DNA of 64,000 nt from Acidimicrobiia bacterium (GCA_029210695.1 JARGFH010000009.1:1-64000), one strand, 5' to 3'; shown: positions 51,421 to 60,635, numbered from the stretch's first letter. Notes: generated by a model from the letters alone, not told the origin. Translations and numbers: made by a program.

Positions 51421-52542
51421 ATGATCGACCGCCGATGGCGACTCAAGCGCTATCCACAGGCCGTACTCCTGGCGTTGCTAGCCGGATGGGCATTTGCCGT
51501 GGCGGTTGGCTCCGACAAACCGGCGGACACCGGACTCCTCGGGGGCGACTATCCCGCCTTCTATGTCGCCGGATCCATCGTCAACGAGGGCCTGGCCGAT
51601 CGCCTCTACGATTTCGAGCTGCAAGCTTCCATGCAAGCAGACCTGGTGCCGGACGGGTTCCTACCGTTTGCATATCCACCGTTTGCCGCTGCTGCCTACG
51701 CCCCGTTGGCGCTCCTGCCATATCGAACCTCGTACGCCCTCTTCACCATCATTTCGTTCTCTGCACTCGCATTGGCGATCTGGCTCCTTCGCCCGATCAC
51801 TCCGCTGGTTCGCGATTACCCGTGGATCGCTATGGCCGGTGCCGCCCTGTTCTATCCGATGCTGCGCGCGATCATCGGCGGCCAGAACACCGTGATCAGT
51901 CTCCTGATCGTGGTGGGCACCTGGCGGCTGATACGCGCCGACAGGAACTTCACAGCCGGTATCGTCCTCAGCCTTCTTGCCTTCAAGCCACAATTCCTGC
52001 TGCCGATCCTTGGAGTGGTGTGGCTGGCTCGAAAGCATCGCGCCGTGTACGGGTGCCTGGCGGGCATCGGCGTCCTCTACTTTGCCGGCGTTGCCCTGAC
52101 CGGTTGGTCCTGGCCGATCGATTGGTGGTCCGAAGCGACCTCATTCGCGCTTGCCAACGATGCTGTGAACGGCCTGAATTTCGTGACCTGGCACCAGTTG
52201 GCGCTTTGGCTCGACGTCGAACCGGCATGGATCGCTCTCTCATCGGTAACGGCAGGGTGGATCGCCTGGACTGCCTACCGACATGGAAGGAGCGACCTGT
52301 CGGGCGTCTTAGCCATGACCTTGCCCGGGGCTGTGCTGCTGGCGCCTCATGCGCTCTTCTACGACGTGGGACTCGCTCTCCCTTCACTGTTCATACTGGC
52401 CGACCGGCGCAACGGGCGCGTCGCCGTCGTCCTGTGGATCGCCGGCCTCACTCACCTGCTCGGTTCCGCCCTCGGCTTCAACCCCTTGATATTCCTGCTT
52501 CTGTTCATGGTCATCGCCACCCGGAAAAGCATCCGATCATGA
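51421..52542 (+). CDS. GT87-family (DUF2029) GT-C glycosyltransferase
   Basis: GGDYPAFY, FAYPP, GGQN, AFKPQ, YD; polytopic membrane protein. Confidence 0.88.
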   Translation: MIDRRWRLKRYPQAVLLALLAGWAFAVAVGSDKPADTGLLGGDYPAFYVAGSIVNEGLADRLYDFELQASMQADLVPDGFLPFAYPPFAAAAYAPLALLPYRTSYALFTIISFSALALAIWLLRPITPLVRDYPWIAMAGAALFYPMLRAIIGGQNTVISLLIVVGTWRLIRADRNFTAGIVLSLLAFKPQFLLPILGVVWLARKHRAVYGCLAGIGVLYFAGVALTGWSWPIDWWSEATSFALANDAVNGLNFVTWHQLALWLDVEPAWIALSSVTAGWIAWTAYRHGRSDLSGVLAMTLPGAVLLAPHALFYDVGLALPSLFILADRRNGRVAVVLWIAGLTHLLGSALGFNPLIFLLLFMVIATRKSIRS

Positions 52543-52650
52543 ACTGCCCGACTCATCCCCGGTCGTTGTCAGCCGCTCAGGGTTCTGTGGATGCCATGCT
52601 CGAAGTGGTCCGCGACGGCGCGCTGTATCGTCAGCGCGAAAGGAGGCCTT

Positions 52651-54294
52651 GTGAAGCTCATTGAGTGTGTCCCCAATTTCAGCGAGGGGCGGGACCGGAC
52701 CGTCATCGGGGAAATCACGGATGCCGTGGGGCGGGTTGAGGGTGTCCGGCTGCTGGACGTCGACCCGGGGGCAGCCACCAATCGCACGGTAGTGACGTTC
52801 GTCGGACCTCCGGAGGCAGTCGAGCGGGCCGCATTCTCGGCAATCAAGCGCGCCTCTGAACTGATAGACATGCGCACCCATCATGGAGAGCACCCGCGAA
52901 TGGGGGCGACCGACGTTTGCCCCTTTGTTCCGCTCGAAGGAGCGTCGATGGGCGATTGCATCGAGATCGCCAGACGGCTCGGCGAGCGGGTTGGACGCGA
53001 GCTAGCGATTCCGGTCTTCCTCTACGAGCATGCCGCTCCGGAGGGTCGCCGGTCGCTGGCCGATGTCCGGCGGGGCGAATATGAGGGTCTCCAGCATCGA
53101 GCGCAAACACCAGATTTCGGTCCGACCTACAACGCCTCCGCCGGAGCCACTGCAATCGGCGCACGGCAGTTCCTCATTGCGTACAACGTCAACCTCAATA
53201 CCAAGGACCGCCGGCTCGCCCATCGGATAGCCCAGGCCGTACGAGAGCTCGGCACGCCCCAGCGCAACGAAGACGGCACAGTCCAGAAGGATGCCAACGG
53301 ACAGACCGTGTTCGAACCTGGCCGGTTCAAGGAGGTCAAGGGCGTCGGCTGGTATATCGACGAATACCGGCGAGCGCAGGTGTCGCTCAATCTGACCGAT
53401 TTCTCGGAGTCGCCCCTGCATCTCGTCTTCGACGCCTGTCGAGAAGAGGCCGCCAAACTCGGGCTTCGGGTGACCGGTAGTGAGCTGATAGGGCTGGTGC
53501 CCCGCCGAGCCCTCCTCGCCGCAGGTGACCACTACCTGACGGCCCAGGGGGCAACGACGGGCGCCCCGGAAGCCGAACGCATCCAGACTGCCGTCCTCTC
53601 GCTGGGATTGAATGAACTGGCGCCGTTCGACCCGAACACCAAGATCATCGAGTATGCCTTCGCCGATCGGCCCGGAGGTCTGGCAGGCTTGCCCGTTGCC
53701 TCTTTCGTGGACGAGCTCTCCACCGCCACGCCGGCTCCCGGTGGAGGGAGTGCCGCTGCGCTAGCGGGTGCCCTCGGCGCCGCGCTCTCCGCAATGGTGG
53801 CGTCGCTCACCTACGCCAAGCAGGGTATGGAATCAGAACGCCCGGAGATGCAAGACCTCGGCATCACTGCTCAGGATCTCAAAGACTGGTTTGTTTCTGC
53901 GATCGATCGCGACACTGATGCATTCAATGCCGTCCTCAGCGCCAGGCGTCTGCCGCGCTCAACACCGGCGGAAACCGAGTACCGCCTGGCGGCGATAGCA
54001 GCGGCGGACCTCGGTGCAACCCTGGTTCCACTCGAAGTGCTCGAACGAAGCGTCGACGCACTCGAACTGATCTTGACGGCAGCCAGGAGAGGCAATCCGA
54101 CGTCTGTCACCGACGCCGGTGTCGGTGGGTGGTGCGGGCTGGCCGCTGCGGAGGGTGCTTCCATGAACGTGCGGGTCAACCTGAACGGACTCGGGGGTGA
54201 ACACGCCGGACTTCTCCAACGTCACGACACAGCACTCCGCAAGGCGCGAGAACTCGCCGCCGAGATCACGCGGTCGGTAGAGGAACGCCTATGA
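52651..54294 (+). CDS. ftcD: Bifunctional glutamate formiminotransferase / formiminoTHF cyclodeaminase
   Basis: LIECVPNFSEGR, GEHPRMGATDVCPF, GSELIGLVP, PAPGGGS, DRDTDAF. Confidence 0.95.
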   Translation: MKLIECVPNFSEGRDRTVIGEITDAVGRVEGVRLLDVDPGAATNRTVVTFVGPPEAVERAAFSAIKRASELIDMRTHHGEHPRMGATDVCPFVPLEGASMGDCIEIARRLGERVGRELAIPVFLYEHAAPEGRRSLADVRRGEYEGLQHRAQTPDFGPTYNASAGATAIGARQFLIAYNVNLNTKDRRLAHRIAQAVRELGTPQRNEDGTVQKDANGQTVFEPGRFKEVKGVGWYIDEYRRAQVSLNLTDFSESPLHLVFDACREEAAKLGLRVTGSELIGLVPRRALLAAGDHYLTAQGATTGAPEAERIQTAVLSLGLNELAPFDPNTKIIEYAFADRPGGLAGLPVASFVDELSTATPAPGGGSAAALAGALGAALSAMVASLTYAKQGMESERPEMQDLGITAQDLKDWFVSAIDRDTDAFNAVLSARRLPRSTPAETEYRLAAIAAADLGATLVPLEVLERSVDALELILTAARRGNPTSVTDAGVGGWCGLAAAEGASMNVRVNLNGLGGEHAGLLQRHDTALRKARELAAEITRSVEERL

Positions 54295-54668
54295 ACGAAT
54301 TGGTACCCGGGTTGTCGGGGTCCCACCAGGCCGTCGTGGCAGAAGCCGATACCGCCATTGCCCTCGGGAGCGGATCGGTGCCGGTTCTAGCTACTCCGCG
54401 CCTCGTTGCCTGGTTGGAAGCGGCAGCCGTTGCCGCCCTCGCCTGCGCCATCCCGGACGGCTCTACCACCGTGGGAACCCACATCGATCTTCGACACACG
54501 GCACCTACGGCCGTCGGTCGGCAGGTCGACGTCGTCGCCACCGTCTCCTCAGTAGAAGGGCGCACGATCGCGTTTGAACTTCAGGCCCAAGACGGCGGCA
54601 AACCAATCGCCTCCGGTCTGCATCTCCGCGTAATCGTCGACGCGGAGAGGTTCCTCAACAGCCTTTGA
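54291..54668 (+). CDS. FlK-like hotdog-fold thioesterase
   Basis: LGSGSVPVLATP..LE, TVGT...HTAPT. Confidence 0.9.
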   Translation: MNELVPGLSGSHQAVVAEADTAIALGSGSVPVLATPRLVAWLEAAAVAALACAIPDGSTTVGTHIDLRHTAPTAVGRQVDVVATVSSVEGRTIAFELQAQDGGKPIASGLHLRVIVDAERFLNSL

Positions 54669-55100
54669 TCAGGCCTTGCCGGGCCATTCGCTGACTGGAT
54701 ACGACGCCACGGGAACTACTACGGAATTAGCGAACTTGTCATGCCAGGTCTGCTTTTCGGGATCCCACAGCATCCAGAGGTAACCGATGAAGCACGCAAT
54801 ACCCGACACGATCTTTCCGATCACCCGGATGAAGGCGCCGGCGTAGCCGATGCTGGTTCCGGTCTGCATTCCGACAACCCTGATCGACATCGCTCGCTTG
54901 CCAACGGTCTGTCCCGAGGGGCTTCCCTCCAAATACACGTAGTAGCCGTAGCTGACTACCGCCCCGATGAACGATCCGAAGAGACCTACCCTGCTGAGAA
55001 TCCCGGTAGCCACGCCAACCACAACCGCATCGATGATGGCGGCAATGAGCCTCTCACCGAAGCTCGCTCTCGGGCCTGAAGGTGCTGCGGGTACTGTCAT
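54669..55100 (-). CDS. RDD family protein
   Basis: RLIAAIID, GQTVGK, QTWHDK. Confidence 0.9.
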   Translation of the reverse strand: MTVPAAPSGPRASFGERLIAAIIDAVVVGVATGILSRVGLFGSFIGAVVSYGYYVYLEGSPSGQTVGKRAMSIRVVGMQTGTSIGYAGAFIRVIGKIVSGIACFIGYLWMLWDPEKQTWHDKFANSVVVPVASYPVSEWPGKA

Positions 55101-55113
55101 GCTCTCTCCCTTG

Positions 55114-55512
55114 TTAGATGAACCCGTATCTCGACAACTCGAACGCCCACATCGCACCGAGGGACACAAGGACGAACGGCATGGAAACCCTTACGCTGGT
55201 CGGTCGGCGGATGAGCAAGAAGAGAGCGACTCCGACCGCGACGATGCCGGCCGGGTTAGCTACAAAAGCTTCTGCAAGATCGAGGTGTACCGTGGCAGTG
55301 ACGCTCGTGGTCATTCCACAGAAGGGGCACGGCACACCCGTCACCGCCCGGAGGGGGCACAGAACTCCAAGCTCCATCGGTATCAAGGGTCTTATGAGAG
55401 CCAGAAGCACCATCAAGCCGCCGGCGAATCGGAGGTCGCCCGCATCTATGCGGTTGGATGCCATCCACCAGCCGCGGGACCGGTGCCGGCGCAACGAATG
55501 CGCTATTGCCAC
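55114..55512 (-). CDS. DUF2752 domain membrane protein
   Basis: CPLRAVTGVPCPFCGMT, NP motif. Confidence 0.85.
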   Translation of the reverse strand: MAIAHSLRRHRSRGWWMASNRIDAGDLRFAGGLMVLLALIRPLIPMELGVLCPLRAVTGVPCPFCGMTTSVTATVHLDLAEAFVANPAGIVAVGVALFLLIRRPTSVRVSMPFVLVSLGAMWAFELSRYGFI

Positions 55513-55557
55513 GAACCGAGGATACTGAAGACGCAGGCGGACTCGCGGGATAACGGC

Positions 55558-56889
55558 CTACTTCGCGGCCAGCGCCACACCGTGGGCGACTGCCGCCAGA
55601 TTGCTCTCGCCGAACGGGCCTGCGGCGACGGCCGACCGGAGCGCTTCGATAGGAATCACGCCGCTGTGCTCAACGACCGCGGCCAGCACCACTAGAGCTA
55701 GATCTCCTTTCCCGATCCGCCCGGGCAGGGTGGCCGGATCGAGCACCACGACCCGGGCCGGTGTATCGATAGTGGAGAATTCCGGGAGGACGTACACAAC
55801 GGCATCCCCGGTCATTCGCGCCGCCCGCTTGGCCACTTTCCGATACCCATCGTCCGTCAGTACCACGAGCACGTTCGGCTGCTCGGATCCGGCGTAATCA
55901 ATCGGCCGATTCGCCAGCAGGAGCCTGGAAAGGCTGTGCCCCGTCTTGACCGTGACGGGATAGTCGTCGCGTTGGGAGGCATAGAGACCGCTCTTGATCG
56001 CCGCGATGGCACCGATCCGGACGGCGGAGCGCACACGCCCACCGGCAGATCCGGCCATCTCGATCAGGAACGGGTGATCGAGTTGTGCCGTCCATTCGGA
56101 GGGGATCGGCTGTGGCCCATCCGGGGGCCGACCTAGGGATGACAGTCCGGCCTCACGAATGGCAACCGTAAACTCCGGTCGACCGTCCCGGTACAACACG
56201 CCGGTCTCGAAGCCAAGCTCTTCGAGGGTGGAATCGATGGCCCGTCTGGTGAACTGATTGGACTTGACGAAGTAGGCCGTGCACAGCTCCCAGATATCGA
56301 GCAGAGCGAACGATTCTGACAAGATGGCTTCGCTGATTCGCTCAGTCAGGTCGGTGTCGAAATTCGTGCCGCGCCAGACGTATCCGGCACCGTTGACCCC
56401 AACCGACGCGCAGATGTCGAGCGGACGTTCGGGATTCCCTCCGGGTGTCGTCGAGGTCACGGCTCCCGTCGGAGTGGTCGCCGAGTGCTGTCCGCCGGTC
56501 ATTCCATAGTTGAAGTTGTTGAACACGAGCACCGTGATCCCTATGTTGCGGCGGGCGGCGTTCAGGAGATGCGTGCCGCCGATGCCGGTGCCTCCGTCAC
56601 CCATCACGACAATCACCGTCAGTTCGGGTTGCGCAAGCTTGATCCCCGTTGCGTAGGTGACCGAGCGGCCGTGCAAACCATGAAAGGCACTCGTGATGAA
56701 GTACTGGTCCGAGAGGCCCGAGCATCCGATGTCGCTGACGATGACCGTTTGGGCAGGATCGACCTGCAGTTCGACCAGCGCCGCGTTCAAGTTGTCGAGA
56801 ATCGACTTATGTCCGCAACCTGGGCAAAACGGGTACGGGCTGTCATTCCGGTAGCTACCCAGTGGCGTGATCGTCGTGAGGATGCTCAT
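55558..56889 (-). CDS. 2-oxoacid:ferredoxin oxidoreductase beta-gamma fusion subunit
   Basis: FCPGCGH, DIGCS, LHGR, GDGG, NNFNYGMTGGQ, then gamma domain AGSAGGRV. Confidence 0.88.
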   Translation of the reverse strand: MSILTTITPLGSYRNDSPYPFCPGCGHKSILDNLNAALVELQVDPAQTVIVSDIGCSGLSDQYFITSAFHGLHGRSVTYATGIKLAQPELTVIVVMGDGGTGIGGTHLLNAARRNIGITVLVFNNFNYGMTGGQHSATTPTGAVTSTTPGGNPERPLDICASVGVNGAGYVWRGTNFDTDLTERISEAILSESFALLDIWELCTAYFVKSNQFTRRAIDSTLEELGFETGVLYRDGRPEFTVAIREAGLSSLGRPPDGPQPIPSEWTAQLDHPFLIEMAGSAGGRVRSAVRIGAIAAIKSGLYASQRDDYPVTVKTGHSLSRLLLANRPIDYAGSEQPNVLVVLTDDGYRKVAKRAARMTGDAVVYVLPEFSTIDTPARVVVLDPATLPGRIGKGDLALVVLAAVVEHSGVIPIEALRSAVAAGPFGESNLAAVAHGVALAAK

Positions 56890-58004
56890 ATCAGGACCTC
56901 GAGGAAGTCGGCAGGCGTGATGAGAGTTCCGTCATTTCGGTGCACACCGATCACCTCGGTGCCCGGGCCGGCCAGGCGCTCGATTTCCCTCCGGTATTGC
57001 CCATGATTGAGTTCGCCGATCACCACGCGGTCGTGGCCCTCGAGGATGGCCCGAATCGCCGTCTCGGGGACCGGCCAGATGCTGTGCACGGTGGCGGCCG
57101 AGACTCGTCGCCCATCCGCCCTGGCGATCCGCACGGCTTCGCGCATCGATCCGGCGGTGATCCCGTACGACAAGAAGGCGGTCGTGGCTTTCGGATCGAG
57201 GTCGGTCGCCACCAGGTCTATCTCATCCTGGTGAGCATGGATCTTGGCGACGAGGTGTTCGTTGAGGGCACCCACCGTCGCCGGGTCCTTCGAGATGAAG
57301 GCGCGTTCGTCGTGGGTCGAACCCGTGAATCGTACGATGGCCGGATCACCGTAGGTGGCGACCGCTCCGACGGCATCCGGCGGGTCGTATGAGTACGGGG
57401 GTTCGATCGATGTCTCGGCCGAACGTCGGGAGCGCGGTCGGACCTCAACTCTCTGATAGTCCTCGATGTCTACGGTCGTGGCGGTGAGATTCAGTTCTTT
57501 GTCCGTCAACAAGAACACCGGACAACGAAACCGCTCGGCCAGGTCGAATGCCTTCATCGTCAGCGTGTAGCACTCGGGAACCGTAGAAGGGGCGAGCGCG
57601 ATGATTGGATAACCGCCGCCGGTTCCCCACCGGACAAACTGAATATCGCCCTGGGCGGCGGTCGTCGCACCTCCGGTGCTCGGACCCAATCGCTGTACAT
57701 CGACGATCACGAGCGGGACCTCACCCATCACGGCCATTCCGATGTTCTCTGAGTAGAGACTGATGCCGGGGCCGCTGGTGGCAGTCATTGCCCTAGCGCC
57801 CGCCATCGTTGCGCCTATGCACATACCGATAGAAGAGATCTCGTCTTCGCCCTGAATCGCCACTCCCCCGCGCTTCGGCATCTCGCGGGTCATGGCGGTG
57901 AGGATTTGCGAAGCCGGAGTGATCGGATAACCGGCGAAGAAGTTGCACCCGGCGTCTACCGCCCCCCTGACGATTGCTGTGGATCCATCTGTGAGTTCTC
58001 GCAC
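56886..58004 (-). CDS. 2-oxoacid:ferredoxin oxidoreductase alpha subunit
   Basis: FFAGYPITPAS, EDEI, TATSGPG, VQRLGPSTG, ELNHGQ. Confidence 0.92.
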   Translation of the reverse strand: MRELTDGSTAIVRGAVDAGCNFFAGYPITPASQILTAMTREMPKRGGVAIQGEDEISSIGMCIGATMAGARAMTATSGPGISLYSENIGMAVMGEVPLVIVDVQRLGPSTGGATTAAQGDIQFVRWGTGGGYPIIALAPSTVPECYTLTMKAFDLAERFRCPVFLLTDKELNLTATTVDIEDYQRVEVRPRSRRSAETSIEPPYSYDPPDAVGAVATYGDPAIVRFTGSTHDERAFISKDPATVGALNEHLVAKIHAHQDEIDLVATDLDPKATTAFLSYGITAGSMREAVRIARADGRRVSAATVHSIWPVPETAIRAILEGHDRVVIGELNHGQYRREIERLAGPGTEVIGVHRNDGTLITPADFLEVLI

Positions 58005-58040
58005 GCCCTCATTGTCATAGCAGGCCACTCGTGGAGCGTA

Positions 58041-58054
58041 GGGGCGAAGGGCCC
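58041..58054. promoter_or_regulatory. DosR/OsdR-like box upstream of OFOR operon
   Basis: GGGGCGAAGGGCCC, centred about 43 bp upstream of a probable leaderless GTG. Confidence 0.45.
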
Positions 58055-58060
58055 GTCTCG

Positions 58061-58522
58061 CTATCCGGTTGCCAGAAGCGTCAGACGATCGAGGAACTCT
58101 CGCTGGGCCGGATTCAGCTTCACCCCGGCGGTCTCGAGGTCGAACCAGGCGCCTCGGTCGACCTCCGGGACCTCGACCATCAGGCCAGAACCAGGCGGCC
58201 ACTGCATTGTGAATGTATTCGACTGGATCAGGTCCGGATCGAGGTCGCCCTCCACCGCCCAGGCGTGCACCACCTTTCCGGCTCTCTGCCGCACGCTGCC
58301 CAATGGCAACTCGTTTCCTCGATCCGGCATGACCCCGGTCTCTTCTGAGAACTCGCGATGGGCGGCCGACAAGCGATCCTCGGCACCGGCAAGTTCACCT
58401 TTGGGAATGCTCCACGCTCCCAGATCCTTCGTCGCCCAGAAAGGTCCTCCCGGGTGAACAAGGAAGACCTCGATCGCACCCTGCCGTCGCCGGAACAGGA
58501 GCAGTCCGGCGCTCTCTTTCAT
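58061..58522 (-). CDS. NUDIX domain protein
   Basis: VHPGGPFW, WSIPKGE, REFSEETG, PEVDR. Confidence 0.9.
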   Translation of the reverse strand: MKESAGLLLFRRRQGAIEVFLVHPGGPFWATKDLGAWSIPKGELAGAEDRLSAAHREFSEETGVMPDRGNELPLGSVRQRAGKVVHAWAVEGDLDPDLIQSNTFTMQWPPGSGLMVEVPEVDRGAWFDLETAGVKLNPAQREFLDRLTLLATG

Positions 58523-59088
58523 TCAGGTTGGTTTTCTTCTGCCAGGCGGATCGGCGTCTCGTTGCCTGGTCTGACACCCTCGACGCCCTCATAGAAGGAT
58601 CGCAAACGATCCATATCATCTGAAACACTGCCGGAGACCCGGATCGGCGGTCCGATCGTGGCTACCCGCGCCGGCCCGTTCACCGACGCAGGAACAATCG
58701 GGACACCTGAAGCCTCTGCAATCCGATAGAAGCCAGATTTCCAGGTGGCGGCCCTTGACCGGGTTCCCTCAGGAGCGATTACCAGAATCATCGTGTCGGC
58801 TTGCTCGAAGGCTGCGGATACCTGCTCAACCAGTCCCTCCGGGCGGTTCCGATGGACCGGGATACCTCCGAGCTTGCGCATCAACCAGCCGAGGGGTCCC
58901 CAGAACAGGCTGTCCTTTCCGATGTAGCTGGCACGGCGGCCGAAATGGCCTAGAACCCCCAAAAAGACGACGAAATCGAGATTGGACGTATGAGGCGCGC
59001 CAAGAGCAACAAACTTGGGATCCGGGGGAAAGGAGCCCTCTATCCGCCATCCGCGCAAACGGAGGTACGTCTTAGCAAGCCAGTACAC
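58519..59088 (-). CDS. Lysophospholipid (PlsC-like) acyltransferase
   Basis: PHTSNLD, APEGTR, WKSGFY. Confidence 0.9.
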   Translation of the reverse strand: MYWLAKTYLRLRGWRIEGSFPPDPKFVALGAPHTSNLDFVVFLGVLGHFGRRASYIGKDSLFWGPLGWLMRKLGGIPVHRNRPEGLVEQVSAAFEQADTMILVIAPEGTRSRAATWKSGFYRIAEASGVPIVPASVNGPARVATIGPPIRVSGSVSDDMDRLRSFYEGVEGVRPGNETPIRLAEENQPE

Positions 59089-59122
59089 AACACGATGATC
59101 GCAGGAAAGCTCGGGAAATGAC

Positions 59123-59152
59123 GAAGTGCCCCGCCATCAGGCGGGGCACTTC
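59123..59152 (-). terminator. Terminator hairpin after HU gene
   Basis: Perfect 13-bp stem GAAGTGCCCCGCC-ATCA-GGCGGGGCACTTC. Confidence 0.8.
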
Positions 59153-59169
59153 AGATCGAATCAGTTCGT

Positions 59170-59463
59170 TCAGTCGGCGACGCGGTCCCGAAGACCCTTG
59201 GCCGGCTTGAAGGTTGCGTACGTCTTGGCCGCAATGGTGATCGTCGCGCCGGTTGCCGGATTACGGCCCTGGCGCGCCGCCCGCGACTTGGTTCCAAAAG
59301 AACCGAAGCCTGAAATGGCCACCTTGCGTCCGGCGTCGAGTTCGACGGCAATGATTCCTTGACCAGGCTCGGACGAGAAAATCGCGTCGATGACCTCAAC
59401 AGCCTTCGCTTGCGTCAGGTCCGTCTTCTTGGCGAGCTTCTTCGCCATCTCCGTTTTGTTCAT
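59170..59463 (-). CDS. hup: HU family DNA-binding protein
   Basis: MNKTE, GFGSF, RAARQGRNPATG, FKPAKGL; AGGAGG RBS. Confidence 0.95.
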   Translation of the reverse strand: MNKTEMAKKLAKKTDLTQAKAVEVIDAIFSSEPGQGIIAVELDAGRKVAISGFGSFGTKSRAARQGRNPATGATITIAAKTYATFKPAKGLRDRVAD

Positions 59464-59621
59464 CCACCCCTCCTAGGAGTTCGAAACTGTTGACGATCCA
59501 GCGCCGTCGTAGGAGACGATAACGAATAGTCCAGCAAAAGTGGGGGATATCGCGATATCTGAACCTACGCAATCGTGGGTCGATCTACCATCGATCCGAC
59601 GCCAGCCGAGGACCTCGACCG

Positions 59622-60092
59622 ATGATCCGACCCCTCCTGCGGATGGAACGTCCGACCGATGGCATCGGCCGGCCGCCACCGCACGGCTTCAGGATCGATC
59701 GATACGAGCGGTCGAGTCACCATGCTGCGATCCCGAACCTGTACGCGGCGGCTTTCGGCAAGGATCCCTGGCCTGATGATTGGGACGTGTTCGACGAGTT
59801 CGATCCACACGGCGTCATGGTGGCCGTCGAGGATGCAACTTGCTCGGCAGTCGGATTCGCCATCAGCTTCAAGCGCTCCGATTTCGGTTACGTCAGCGTG
59901 GTTGCGGTCGCACCTGCCTACCGGCGACGCGGCCTCGCCTCGGCGCTGGTCGGCTCGGCCGCCGCCTACCTCCGCTCACTGGGCCTGCGGTTGGTTCGGA
60001 TCGACGCATGGGAAGACTCACCGCCGGCCGTGCTCACCTACGAGCGGCTCGGGTTCCTGATCTACGACCGGCGTGACGAAGTGGACGACTAG
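59622..60092 (+). CDS. GNAT family N-acetyltransferase
   Basis: VAVAPAYRRRGLA, YERLGF; start uncertain. Confidence 0.8.
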   Translation: MIRPLLRMERPTDGIGRPPPHGFRIDRYERSSHHAAIPNLYAAAFGKDPWPDDWDVFDEFDPHGVMVAVEDATCSAVGFAISFKRSDFGYVSVVAVAPAYRRRGLASALVGSAAAYLRSLGLRLVRIDAWEDSPPAVLTYERLGFLIYDRRDEVDD

Positions 60093-60131
60093 GACCAGAC
60101 GACTTACTCGTCCTGGCCGGGCCGGCGCGAC

Positions 60132-60159
60132 GACGGGGCCGACCGTGGGCGGCCCCGTC
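60132..60159. terminator. GC-rich hairpin between convergent genes
   Basis: GACGGGGCCG-N8-CGGCCCCGTC. Confidence 0.65.
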
Positions 60160-60172
60160 TAGTCACTCAGAT

Positions 60173-60453
60173 TCATTCCTGAGGTGTGTCTGTCTGTCCT
60201 TTGAGCACGGCCTTGACACCACCGACCCCGGTGGCGGCGACGTCACGAACAGTGTGCACTGCGGCTTCGCCGATCTCCTCTGCTGCTTCCAGTGCGCCGG
60301 CGGCAGCAGCCGAGGCGACATCCTCGAGGCTCAGCCCGACATCCTTGGCGCCGGAAATGGCACCAGAGATCGCACCCGCGGTCACGTCGGCAATATCGGC
60401 CCCAGCCTCCCCGGCTCCCTGGACCAGTCCTTTAGTCGTGTTCTGTATGTGCG
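60173..60453 (-). pseudogene. 3' remnant of an Ala/Gly-rich helical-repeat protein gene
   Basis: GAISGAISGAKDVG..ASAAAAGALEAAEEIG; no credible start, upstream sequence is antisense of another remnant. Confidence 0.55.
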
Positions 60454-60541
60454 TATAGGCGTCGGCAACCGAACGGAGGCGATCATCTGGGCAACCAGGC
60501 ACGGGGTGCTCGATGACGGATCGAGTGAGACCCACGCTTGA
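60446..60541 (+). pseudogene. 3' remnant of a LuxR/NarL-type HTH regulator
   Basis: YVRIGVGNRTEAIIWATRHGV resembles the LuxR C-terminal helix (K.GV.NRT.A..WA..HG). Confidence 0.6.
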
Positions 60542-60635
60542 GCCCACCGACCGCACGGATTTCACAAGAGACACGGGCGGACCCGACCCGAGAAGAACGC
60601 CTACAGGAATCGTGCGATTGTCCGATTGACTTCGC

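Noticed and set aside
52565..52590. PafBC (RecA-NDp) promoter before ftcD
   Set aside because: TGTCAG-N10 is followed by TTCTGT, lacking the TA-N3-T -10
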